DNA from: Klebsormidium nitens | Lineage: Eukaryota; Plantae; Klebsormidiophyceae | Direction of reading: 5' to 3' | Length of the DNA stretch: 64,000 nt | NCBI GenBank assembly: GCA_000708835.1 | Contig: DF236958.1 | Location: forward strand, 124,001-188,000 | Part shown: one piece after another, positions 47,512-64,000 of the stretch | Position numbering within the stretch: position 1 is the stretch's first letter | Layout of the letters: every line of letters starts with the position of its first letter | Made by a program: the position numbers and the translations under genes | Notes under the pieces: model-generated | Told to the model about the DNA's origin: nothing | Databases searched by the model: none | The model's input: the letters and a program-made list of their open reading frames with translations, nothing else

Positions 47512-49940
47512 TCATTCCGACAGCCACCCGGCTTCATCCTCGCCCTCCGCTTCGGCGGCGGCTTGCGCGCGGAGGTGCTCGCGCCGCAGCTTGTCCCACA
47601 TGTACGCGCTATACGTCAGGAATGACGTGGCAGCGACTAACGTCACCCCCAGCCCGACTGCGGCGATCAGGCGCAGCCGCCACTGGTACCTGAGCGGTAG
47701 AAAATAGATGAGCAAAGGTATTTCTTACCTGATTCTCAAAAAAGGGTTCGCCAAACTATGCAATCGACTGAATTTTTCGAAATCCGTAGTTGGCGGATAC
47801 ATACGCGTCAAGATACACTGAACTCACACTGGTAAGGGATTCAAAATTTCGAGCCCGCATAAGACATCAGAAGCTCTGAACCCGCAGAATCAAGCGAGTA
47901 TGAACTTGTTCCCGAGAAGCCTATCTACCGAAGATATGGCGCTCGCAAGCTTTGCAAAGGCAAAAATTCCTCCACTTCTTGCACGAAGTCAGCCAGGTTC
48001 TGTTCACAAAAGCGGAAAGAAATCGAACTGGCCTCTTGCCGTTACAAAAATACAACCGGGAGACGATAATCCAATGCGAGCCCAAGCCCGCACTTCGAAA
48101 TCAGCCTCTTTGTAACAGGAACGCAACGTAACGACATAGACCATCGCAACCCCATCCGGACCTGTCCGTATCCCGGAAGGTCCCGGGAAATGCAACGCAG
48201 AGGCCCAAAACCACCTCTCCAATCAGCCTCTTTTTTCCAAACAAAAGAACAAACATAACGGAGAGACAGTAAGCAAACGCGAGAATAACCCACCTGTCGG
48301 TATCTTCAAGGTCTCGGAAAATCTTGACGACGTACACGGACTGCGGCTCGCTCGTCCCGCGCTTCAGAATGATCGGCACCGCCACGCCGCGACGCGCGCT
48401 CTCAGGCACCCGGATGGCACCGCTCGGGGTGTTATTGGCGGTGCGCTCGTCGCTGACGTAGATGCTGACGTCATCCTGCGACCATCACGGGAGAATGCGT
48501 CATAAAAACACAATGAACGTGATCAAACAGTAAGAGGTAAGCTCGGTGGGCGCGCTAAGGAATAGTCGGCGTGCGCGCGCTTGTTGCTGACGTAGACGCT
48601 GACGTTATAGAGCAGGATCAAGTGATTCTTTGAACTTGCGGCTTGTCAAATAAGCGAAGCGGTGAGCTTTGGGGTGTCTGCGCGGGTGGCCTAGCTGCCA
48701 ATGTGTACTCCTATCGTCATTTTTGATTTGGTTTGATTCTTGAAAGATGGCTTTGCTTCTCACAACGGTCGAGCCGGTGTAACAGTGGACCTAGGTTCCT
48801 CCGGACTAAGTTCCAGGTGACGGCGACCCAAGTTTTATCTGCAAATCAACGCAATCGCAGAGCTTCACATTGAAACCTTTGGTCGATATCTTCAGACGCG
48901 ATTGTGATTCACCCAGAATCTCGTAGTCTTTCCGTTCCGCTAACCTGCCCCGGCGGAAGCACCGGCGTGAGGCGAACCTCCTTCACATCTTGCGGTACGT
49001 GCAGATCGTAGCGCTCCGTCTCCCAGTTGAACTCCGGCTCTAGCCGCCCAGCTGACGCCTTCAGGCCCGCCAGTCGCGGCGGCTCGCGCTCCGCGGCCGC
49101 GGGGTTTAGGGTTTTGGTTTCATCCTCCTGTGCTGCGTCTTTGATCACTGAGATTGCTGCGTTTTTCGAAAGATGCGCGTCGAAGACGAAAGGCCTTTTC
49201 AGAGGCGCAGGTGTCGCGAGGTCCGTCAGTAGGCCGCTTCTGTTCTCGTCCAATTGGGCGCTACTCCCACCGCTTGCGTCATTCTGGACGCTTTTTGCGT
49301 CACCTTTGCCTTGCGCAACCTCCTTGCTAGAAGACCCGGTGGACTCTACCGGACCCTTCGAATGACAGCGAACGACGTCTTCCTCGTTTCTTTCCGCTTC
49401 CTTCGTCCCGCCCACCTCTGGCACGAAATTTCCACAGCCCTTTTCAATCGCGCTCTTGTGTCCGCGCGCGTTGTTGTCGAGCGCGCGCGCGCGCAGCATT
49501 TCTTGGAGCCTTGTCTGCAGAGGGGAATCGAAACCGCCCGGGATGTCTCCATCCGCCTACTCTTCACCTGAGCTCCTCACCAGCCAGTCAGCAAACCGGT
49601 CCCTTAGAACCTCAAACCTTTCTCCCACCTTTTTCGACGGCATCTCTTTTCCCTCAGCGCGCTGAAATGCGCGCGCATTCTCCCGCCCGCTACCCAGGAC
49701 CGCATTCACACCTTGTGCAGACTCGCTCGTTTCTGGGGGCAGCTTTGGCAGCTCTTGCGCAGCCCCCCAGAACGAGAAGAGTGGGTCTGTAGTAGCTAAA
49801 GCCTGTTGGCGCAGCGGGTCATGGCGCCCCGCGCGCGTGCATGACGTCAGCAGGACCGTCAGGAAGAGCGCGCTACAGGAGAGGGACACGGAGAGGCTGA
49901 CTATTGAAAGAAAAACGATGAGAGGAGGTGATGCCGCCAT
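47512..49940 (-). CDS. Type I membrane protein with cadherin-like beta-sandwich domain (PF12733-like) (~429 aa)
   Basis: Exons 49940-49581, 49514-48945, 48475-48294, 47689-47512 (1290 nt, phases consistent). N-terminal hydrophobic signal. LEPEFNWETERYDLHVPQDVKEVRLTPV...SIYVSD...SGAIRVP...VPIILK...VYVVKIFR fits the cadherin-like sandwich pattern (LxPxF..Y.v.Vp..v..v.v). TM segment LIAAVGLGVTLVAATSFLTYSAYMW, then a short acidic tail. Confidence 0.75.
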
Positions 49941-50988
49941 TATTTACACGGAGCTGCTAGGTACCTACAACGAGACAGACTCGGACGCAATGCCCATCCC
50001 TAAGTTTCATTTGCTCCGTTCTATCAATGAGACTCTGTTGTCGTAGCTAGCCGCCTGGTGGCGCATTTGCTTCTGAATTGGCCTTGCGCTTCCCAATTAC
50101 GCTTCTTGCAGCTACTTCGCAAAGTGGAGTTGGGAAGCCGACTCCAGCTCACCGTCCCTGCCTTGAATTTCGAACTTCTCAAACAGCTGTGGCCCGATTC
50201 TTTCTGGACACTGTAGCTTTCCAAGGTTTGTGCTTCGATGGTACGTTGTTTGACTTGCCACGTCAGCACCTGCGGCATCACTATAGGGTGTGGCATTTCG
50301 ATCGATTAGATTTGAAACCAATTTTGTGGCAGACTTAGAATAGACCGAGACTTGATGGAATACAGGCGTTTGCAAGCATCGACTGGGATCGAACTTCTGC
50401 AATTCCTGTAAGCTCGTGACACAAAAATTCCCGATCGATTCGCCCGCCGAGAATGTCGACAAGGTGGTTGATATCAGGTTCTTCTGACCAAGGGTCAGCG
50501 AGGTGCACATTAGCGCTACGGTCGTCTTCAAACCTTTAACTCGCTTATGCTTATGCATGCGCCATCCATTGAGGAGCCGATGCTGGCGGCCTGTCGCAAG
50601 CCTTTGCGCCCGTCTAGCTTAGCCCTTTCAAAGGTCGAGCTTCAAAGCGCAGCCCGGTTAACAGTACGTTTTTCGGGTGTTAACTTCCGCTCGATTGTTG
50701 CATGGTTGCGGAACCGGAGAGCAGAGGCGCCATCAGCCATGCCTGATTCTTAGGAGATTTGGAACTTTCTTTGTTTCAGAGCCTCTTGTGGGCGACATCG
50801 AAAACCTGCCACCGCATCTCTCAGTTGCCTTTGTTGCGTAGACAGAGCAAGCCAGTTTTTGTGAGACTCGTTCGAACCTGTGCCGACCACCACATCAAAC
50901 AGTCCTTTTTCTCTTGTTGCTTTGCAGACGATCGATTGCAGACAGGGCAGGTTTCCTGTAACCCTTTTGCTTAACCCGCACCGAGGAC

Positions 50989-51312
50989 ATGTTCTTCTTC
51001 GGCTTTGTCGCGAGCTTTCGCCCCGAGGTGCGCCGCCTGCTGGAGCGCTACCCGGCGCTGTGCCCGGTTTGCGCTAACCCGACCCTAACCGTGGCGGAAG
51101 TCGACAGGGTGCTGCGCATTTTCTTCCTGCCGGTCTGGCGGTCGAAGGTGCATGAGCTGATGGTCATCTGTCAAAACTGTGGGTTCACCATCGAGAAGAG
51201 CAAAATGGATGAGCTCGAGGCGCGGCGGAAGTTCTTCGAGCGGCAGGGCAAGAAAATGTTCGAAGAGATGGCGGACTTGAAAGGGGAGGCAGATCTGAAA
51301 GGAGAGCAGTGA
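50989..51312 (+). CDS. Zinc-ribbon domain protein (zinc_ribbon_15-like), 107 aa
   Basis: Single-exon CDS: MFFFG...CPVC...RVLRIFFLPVW...ICQNCG, with two CxxC pairs. The C-terminus carries an ADLKGE tandem duplication. Confidence 0.8.
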   Translation: MFFFGFVASFRPEVRRLLERYPALCPVCANPTLTVAEVDRVLRIFFLPVWRSKVHELMVICQNCGFTIEKSKMDELEARRKFFERQGKKMFEEMADLKGEADLKGEQ

Positions 51313-52772
51313 GGCGTCCACGAGGATAGAACATTCGTTTAGTGCTGAGGTGGGAAATGTTTGTACGAGGGGTTTTGGAGCCGGAGGAAGTGAAAGGAGA
51401 GTGCTTAGAGGCAGCCGGATATGATCCGCACTCTGCTTTGCGTGAATCAAAACCGCGCTCGGGTACGGGAAAAAGTTTAATGTCAACCAACAAGAGGAAC
51501 AATCATATAAAGGTAATCCATAATATACAAGCCGTAGAGGTCTGAGAAACAGTCAGTGTTTGATATCGACAAGTGAGATGTGAAATCAACAAGGCAGATG
51601 CTTCCGTGCACTGGAATCTTGTCGTACGTCCAGTCGGTGGATAACAAAAGAGAAGCTGAAACCGCAGTCAGTGTGGCTGAAGAGGCTTGTACACGACCTG
51701 CCGGGGGGCATAGGGCTCTGTATAAGCCAAAGCCGAATGTTTGTCAAGCACCATGTGCATCAAGACGTGCAGTCCGGCGGCCCGGCCCGAGGTCCATTCT
51801 ATTGTGGTCAATTAAATCGCGGGGTTTAGCGAAGAGCTCCGGCCTGGCCTGGCACTATTTCCAAGATTGTGGCAAACCGACGTTGCATAGCTAGCCAATG
51901 CATCTCTTGCCACGGTCACACGTGAGCTCACCAGATCCTATCTGAACTCGAAGCGTCGATCCAGAAAAACCTGTTCTGCCGTTGGCGCGGAAGCTCACGA
52001 CAATGTGCATTTTTGGCCGGAGTAGTCGATCGACCCTAAAAAATATACGCGCTGATTGAGCAATCACCGGCTGCATGCTGTATACTAGGCTGAGCTAAGG
52101 GCAGGTACATGCCCTGGCAGGAGCTAGACAATCTCTTGGAATCGTTCATGTGGGGCCACCCGTGATCGGCGTTAGCTCAAGGTCGGATCTAAGACCGTGA
52201 GCGCGGTCTAGCTGTAGAATCCGAACACCCATCACGACTCTCAGTCCGTCAGTATACATGAAGCCTGTTGCACAATATGCACCCGGCGTGCAATCTGGTA
52301 TGTGCAGGTACAAGGTCAATATCGCAACTACTGACGATCTTGATCGTTGATTCAATAACTTTTCTTGGTTGAAGCTCTCCGTCAGGAAAGGATCAACGAC
52401 CATAAGCAAGCACAACTCGGAGAACGCCATCTCAGTTCAATGCGCGCAGAAGCACAGAATATGGGGTCACGCAACAATATTGGAGTTCCGCCGCTGATTA
52501 AATGCCTTACTGATTTCTATGACGGATGCTGGAGCACAGCCGAACGCACTTGAATCGAAGCCCCTTATTTGCAAGATTGTCCTTTACAAATGCGGCAAAG
52601 CGATCCAGAGTCTGAGCGTTGCCCCAGCTCAGAGAGTATCTAACTTACCTTGGATGTATGCAGTGCCCCTCTTCTTTGACGACTTGCGAGCCAGATTGTC
52701 CAGTCAGGAGCCAGGATGCATCAAAGATTGCGCGCTAGCAATAAAGTTACGGTATAAGACACATCACAGAGC

Positions 52773-55700
52773 TTAACCAGGATCTACTAGGGGCAAAGAG
52801 GGCTTTCGGCTGAGGGTGCTCCCATTGTGGGGCACGTGCGGACTAAGTAATGTGGACGGCTCCGGAACCTTGTCCGGACTGATCTCCAGGTGTCCTGAAC
52901 TAGACGTGCGGATCCGCCCCGGCGGCGGGGGCAGGGAATAGGGTCCCTCGCGGGTGGAGGAGCCTACTTGTGTTTCTGAGACCAACCTGCGCCAAAAGCC
53001 AGGGTTCTGCGTTAGTACAATCGAGCGCGATGCAGGGGATATCTTGAACGCTTTGTAGATTCAGGTTTGAAGGACGTTTCGCTCACCCCTCTTCGGCTCA
53101 GCCCCCTCTTCGTCAGCATGGGCGTGGGTAATGAAACTCAAACAAGTTTGGGTGCTCTCATCAGCAGGAGTGGTTCTGGCTTTCAATCCGGCCACCTTGA
53201 CTGATTTCAGTCCCTACCTTCACAGCATGCCCTTGCTCGGCAAGGCAGTGACGTTGGAGCGTTCCCGCAGAGAGTTGCGACCCATGACAACTGAGAGCGG
53301 CCTGGCTTCAACTTTTGGTGCCCCGGTACCAGACAAAATAAGTAGAATCTATACCCGCCCGAGCTGCTAGCAATTGCTCCGTTAACCGCATGATTCAAAC
53401 AATCTACCTGGAAAACCGCATCATTCACCCAAGCGGCCTGGAAATACTTATACAAAAGCTGACACGGCCACTGTATGCTTTTCGGTCGGCGCCAACCCTT
53501 ATAAGCCGGGCCGGGACGAAGGCCCGCAGATTTATTCAGCACGAGCGTCAGAGTCACTCCCCAAAGGGCTTGACATAACCCGAGCTCACCAGAGAAGCCC
53601 ACCTCAGCTCTCTCGCAAACAATTGATGTAAGCTCACATTCCCGCAGGAATATTTACGAACCAAACTTCAAGAGAAGAAGAGAAAGAGCTGACTTCTCAC
53701 CTTGACGCGTGCGTGCCTGAAGGAACGGACGCTTCGCCGTCCGCTAGAGTGTCAAGGTCCGAGCCGGACGCTAGGGAGGGAAAGACGGGCGGCACAGACG
53801 TGGCCGGTTGCCTCGTGTCCATCTCGGATGCGAAATATCGTCGCCTAATCAACTGCATATGCATAAAGAAAAACTATCCAAAAACTATCCAACGATAGAC
53901 GATGTTTGACGCCACTGGCGCTGCAGAAAGAGGGTGCGACAGTCGCTACTTGCGGAGAGTGTTTGCTGGCAGATCTGAACCGGGTGCCCAATCCCCTGTA
54001 GTCCACTCTTCGTCCCAAACCCTCCAGTAGACCGTCCGTTCGTGATGCATTTTCGCGATTCTCAATCTTTTAGACAACCCTTCCTTCTGCTGTATAACGC
54101 GACTTGTTGCTACATGTCAAGACCAGGCGCTGCCCTGACATTCGCCCACGATTCAGAGCACACATCAGAATCTCTAAACGGGCAAAGCGGGAACCTTCAA
54201 TCGTCAAAGATCGAGAGTCCAACATTCAGGCTCAACTAAGCTCAACCACGGGAAGCGGATTGACGTCATCAGCAGCCAAGACGAGGTAACCCCCGGGATC
54301 AATAGCACCCCTCTAACACAACCCTTTTGAAAAATCCCTGTTGACCCACACATCTCAATCTTGGGAGCGCGTACCAGTGCTGTTCGTAAAGACGGAACCA
54401 ACAATGGAAAGTTATGCACCGCCTTTCTGCACAATCCCTCACCTCGTAAAAGAATGCATTCACGGCACCCACGTCCAGCTTCCCCGTTTTCGCGCTCTGC
54501 GATCAAGTCACAATTCTCAGAAGCGAATAAGTCGCCAGGTGTGCAACTCCAACCATCAAAGGGGGGGAATCACGACTGCTCACAGCATGTGATTCTCGGA
54601 AGCAGACGAAACCGCATGAGGGAAAACTGAGGGGAAATGGACCAGGCAGCCCGAAACCCCGCTTCAAGGATCACGTTGAATCGGGGTTTCGGAGATTCGC
54701 GAAGCTCCTTGGAGCGCTGCCTTGATGCAAAACCGTGAACAGGATGAGATACAGCAACCAGAAGCAATCGGCGCGTATGAAGCTGGAACAGGAGTGTATT
54801 ACTGAGCCTGCTGACATACTGCGGATGCACGGGCTAGAACTATACGATGATTCGGCGGAAGACGATGCGCAAAGGAACGAAAAGATGCAGAGGAGATGTG
54901 CTCAGAACAAAGCAGACCTCAAACGAACTGACGTAAGATGCCGACCACTAATTGTAATTTCTCATTGGCCATTTTGGAAAGAGAGGAGGCCAAAGGTTTT
55001 CGGCATACGAAGCTGAATGAAGGTAACGGCTTCAAGGCCAGTTGAAGAACATACGGAGCAGAACTGAGGTGACAGCTTCGACGGCCAGCTACGAGGAGAA
55101 TCATCTGCCTTACCGTCAACAGTCCGGTCCACGAGCTCGTGCCGTCTGCTCGCGGCAGGTCATGCCCGTTTGCCCCGTTCACATACTCCCCCAGCTTTGC
55201 GGCCCATTTCGTTGCCTTTTTCGTCAGCGGAGCCGCGCTCTCATCATCTGGAAACCCGCTCAGCCGTGCTTCGAGCTGGCCCGCCATAGTCCCAATCTTC
55301 GACGCCACCCGCTTCAGGGGGCTGTTTGGCAGGGAGATCCGCCCCCCCGTTTGTGAATCCCATTTTCGGCTGTCCGATTTGTTTCCGATGATTAGTAAAG
55401 GGACTGGTAACCCCCCTGGAAATGTCGCTTCCGGAGAGGGGGCGGAAAAGGTGCCGAGAGAAGCGACTTCGGAGGTCCAGCGGTGCAGGTTAGTGCGGGT
55501 TCGCCGGTTGGTTAAGTCGTGCACGGCGATAACCCCATTTATACGCTGGTAGAAAATGGGCCGCGCAGCATGGTACTGGGGGGCGCCCGTGACATCCCAA
55601 AGTTCGATGAAGAAAGTGCGATGGGGGGAGGAGTCGGGGCCCCCCGGGAGCCCCATGCTGCCGGCACTGTACTCAAAGTACTGGAGACAGGAAGAGAAGT

Positions 55701-57058
55701 CGAAGTGAGCCCTTCCGTTCTTAAGAGTCCCTTGCAGATGCACAATATCATTCTCCTGGGATCTCCGTGGAGGCCAGCGAGGTGATTCCTAGAGACACAT
55801 GTTGACAGGATAGACAGGATGCTAGCATGAGGGCTCCTCGGTTTTCAGGTGCACGTCACAAATTATTATCTGTCCAGCAAAGGCAGCTCGTACATTGAGT
55901 AAAGCTGAGGGGTAGCCTGCCGCAAGGCCTCAATACGTGCGTCGTTCTTAGATGGGTTGACTGAACGTAACTCGAGATGTTATGTCGATTACCGCATTTG
56001 ACAAACTTTCTGCTCGGATCTGAGAAAGATCAGAAAGCGCCTGAAAAACTTCCATTCATACCGTCAGCTTTGAATTGTCAGTATGGGCACATAACAGCAA
56101 TGGCAAGCAGAACTGTTCTGATTGCCAAATCACTTCACAATCGTCAAAAAAGGTTCTGAAATCCAGGTCATGATCTCAATTCTAACACCGCATCTACTGA
56201 AGATCCTTCACCGCCAATCTGAGAGGGTGGTTGAGATAGTGAACATCATAAAGTCCGCTTTCAGAACAGAACGCCAAAGAAACCAACTCGAGCTTTGCGA
56301 CAAGATTATACATGAGGCAAGGCCTCAACATCTCTCACCTTTACACTGACATTACATCCTATGGTCACTCTTGGCCTGCTAATTGGCTGGCCTTCTGTCA
56401 ACAGGTGGACAAGAGACGTCTTCCCCACCCCTGCAAAGGGAGCGTCAAGCTTACATCAAGTATCCGCAGATGAGCCCCTCATGCCTAAACTCTTCCTCTG
56501 CATCAACCTCCTTCGACTGCTTTGTTGATTCATGACACTCTCCCAGTCAGTAATTCCAGCTCCTTGAACAGGACTCTTCGTCCTAGTCTTGCCTAGGGAG
56601 CTTGAGCTTGAGCAGTGCAAATGCTGAAGGTGGGAGCGAGTATCAGAATATGCTACTTCCAATTACCAGATCCATTTTAATACCACTTTGCACATTAGGG
56701 TTTGAGTGCGGGCACAGCGCCAGTCACAAGATGCACCACAAATCGAAGTTGAGGCCTGAGCAACCCAGGACTAAGAAAAACCAACTTCTCAAGCAAAGGT
56801 TTGCTCTCGCCGAAGTCCTTGGCAAACTTCCTATCAGAAAGCAGATTATGAGGGTGCCAGTCTACATTTTAATCTGTAATTCTCCAAACCGATGAAGCTC
56901 AGAGCTGCACCTTATTGCGCTCAAATCAAGGGTGGCAAGAAGGAACTTCAGATCCACTGTTTCCTGTACTCACCTTCATCACCAATCACCAGAACACGCA
57001 CATTGCCAGCTGGTCCAGCAAATGAGTCTCTGAGAGCCTCAGGGTAGTCGCCGTTCAT
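52773..57058 (-). CDS. LIP1: Atypical small GTPase, LIP1/RABL3-like (~387 aa)
   Basis: Exons 57058-56974, 56430-56339, 55680-55114, 54496-54443, 53852-53701, 52986-52773 (1164 nt, phases consistent). Motifs VRVLVIGDEGVGKTSLVHL, TIGC, FFIELWDVTG, INGVIAVHDL, GTFSAP..PGGLPVP..IGNKSD and FFYELIRRRYF closely match plant LIP1. Confidence 0.9.
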
Positions 57059-57922
57059 GTTTCAATCTGTGAATTGTCAGAAATGTCGTCTTAGGCACAC
57101 CTAGGGCAATGCTTAGAGCTTTGCATGACTTGCCCCGATGCACTCACTATGCTTAAGCAGAATTCAACATGGGGGACACAGCTACTCTCCTAACTCGAGT
57201 GTCCACTGATTAAAACTCGGTCTTCCGTGCATGACTTCAGCTTTCAAAGCGCTTGTCTTTGACATATGAAATTGCCCTCCCAAACGCCGGCTACAACATT
57301 CAATTCCGAATTGCGCGTCTGTATTAGTCAAATTGAAGATTCTGAACACCTTGATCCTGTGTCTGAAACACTGCAACTGCGCCTGCATGCGCTTCTGGTG
57401 ATGAGCATTCACTGCCTTGTGGAAATTGTCAATGTCAGTTTTACTTGCTGAGTAAAGAGTTCGCTGTGCTGCAGCAGAAACCGCCAGAGCAGGAGAACAT
57501 CAAAACTTGGGAGCAATTTTGGTCGCTCTTCACACATTTTAATAGACCAATTTCTTAGATTTCTAAACCGGGGTTCAATAATTGGCTTCCGGGGCCGAGC
57601 CTCGACCATCCGGAGAAGAAACGGCAATCCAATAATACCATCTTGATGTATTAATCCAATGGAAGCTGTCCTTGAGGGAGACTGCCGGCAATAGACCGGC
57701 CGGGGTTTCTCATGATCGGTGGGTTTGGACCGGGCAGTGCAAGGTCGGGAAAGAAAAGAAGGTCAACGAGCAGGGCCGTTGTATAAGGTACCATTAAAGC
57801 AATTCACGTCTAGACTCTGCCTGAGCCTGAGGCTGGAGAAGCAAATCGCCTGTGCAAAGTTTGGAGTTCTCCAAAGCTCAGGTCAGGGCCAGGGAAGCAC
57901 CGTCTGGAAGACAAGAATCTGA

Positions 57923-62753
<4,831 letters not shown>

Positions 62754-64000
62754 GCTTTGAAAATGATTAGATTGGTGATAATTTCTACGGAACCAGGCTT
62801 GCGGTCTTGCGGTATGTATAACATGGCTACATGTCCACTGTAAGCGTTTCTTTCTTCTGCTCCAGCCTGTTGGTCTGTAGACTTCCCGACCATTGCTACC
62901 GTTCGGAGTCGAACATACATGGCATGAACACTGAAGCAGCGAAATCTAGTGGCGGTTTCATTTGTGGTGGTCTGTTCACCTGTGCGGAAAAGGTCGATCC
63001 ATTGGTTGATGCATATTCTATGAACATTGCAGCTTTGAATTGGTATGCTGGTTTTTCAGCTTTTTCTGCATCGACTGGGCCAGGAATTAGTAGCACATAT
63101 CATTCTGAGTTTCAGAGCTAGAGCAGGTTAATTATTGCGCAATCAGATTGCATGCACTCTGTTGGACTGACATGGGCCATTTGCATCTAGTAGTACTATT
63201 AGTCGACGTTTGGACCAGCGGGCCAACCCGCCACCGCGACGAGGAGAGCCGGTCGTGTCCTGCGCATGATTCAATGCGAAGGACGAGCCGGCAATATAGT
63301 CGGAAGATTGACATGTACTTACATATTTTAGTTGTACGTGCGCTTGGTCAGGTTATTAGTGAGCGCGGCAGCCAAAATAAAGATTCCGTCCATGTGCGCG
63401 CAGCTGTCTGCAGCATTGGCTGATCAGCCTGATGTCAATGGCCATGCCAGCCGCCAACGTGCACATTTAAAAGAGCGCGATTTCCAACTGCCGGAAGCGA
63501 GTAATCGACGGTTCGTATCAGCCGTTCCAGCACTGCCTGCGGTTTCGCTGCTGCCATGTGGCACTGCTTCACTTGAGGCGCCATGTGGCGCGATGAGAAG
63601 TGGTCAGCTAGTACCGGATTTTAAGGAGGGACCTGTCACCTTGCTGCTAGCGCTGCATTGCATCATGCATGGTGTCAAAACCAGGCTACCGAATCCATAC
63701 ATGCAGTTGGTTGCACTGTGCAGCGCAGCTTGGATCTCTTCTGAATCTGTTGGAAGTTGCGAGTGAAGAGAACCAAAGGGGTTTGGAGCTTCTCCACCAC
63801 CTTCCGGACGCCATCAGGATAATCTTAGCGCTGAAACATCCAGTGAAAGATACCCCGCCCGTAAGATCTTAATGCTTCGTGCGCCTTGAAGTTGAAGTTT
63901 ACAGCATTGCCTTCACAGAGTGCATGCAGAGCTGGACTGCTCGTCTCTAAGTACTGTGAAGCCCTCCCTGAACATCGCTCTTTCCTGCTGCTGGATTTCT

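Noticed and set aside
52165-52240. ggcgttagctcaagg resembling a tRNA 5' end
   Set aside because: No anticodon stem or T-arm follows.
62896-63830. Possible terminal exons of a minus-strand gene entering from the right (acceptor at 63075; ORF …KPAYQFKAAMF…DSER*)
   Set aside because: Splice signals are plausible, but I could build no consistent multi-exon model and recognised no product.

Overview
This is eukaryotic, intron-rich genomic DNA with GT-AG introns. Its gene set is typical of streptophytes (SKP2A-like F-box, LIP1-like GTPase, plant-type PP2C-kinase, PPR proteins), consistent with a charophyte green alga such as Klebsormidium; that assignment is inference. I assembled 11 phase-consistent gene models by hand: an orphan Ser-Pro-rich protein (+), a Golgi-type sulfotransferase-like protein (+), a PPR protein (+), a SKP2-like F-box/LRR protein with a PPR-like first exon (+), a DUF2306-like membrane protein (-), a 12-exon signal peptide-PP2C-kinase-C2H2 zinc finger protein (-), peroxisomal malate synthase (+), a cadherin-like beta-sandwich membrane protein (-), a zinc-ribbon protein (+), a LIP1-like small GTPase (-) and proteasome alpha-6 (+). 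Two non-autonomous TIR elements are also present (about 300 bp and 750 bp). The most unusual signals are (i) a terminal C2H2 zinc-finger exon on the phosphatase-kinase protein, which is missing from the ORF track, (ii) a PPR motif spliced in frame to an F-box/LRR gene, and (iii) repeated local duplications of exon ends and splice sites inside introns of several genes. No tRNA, rRNA or CRISPR array could be supported. Exon boundaries were read by eye and have no transcript evidence.
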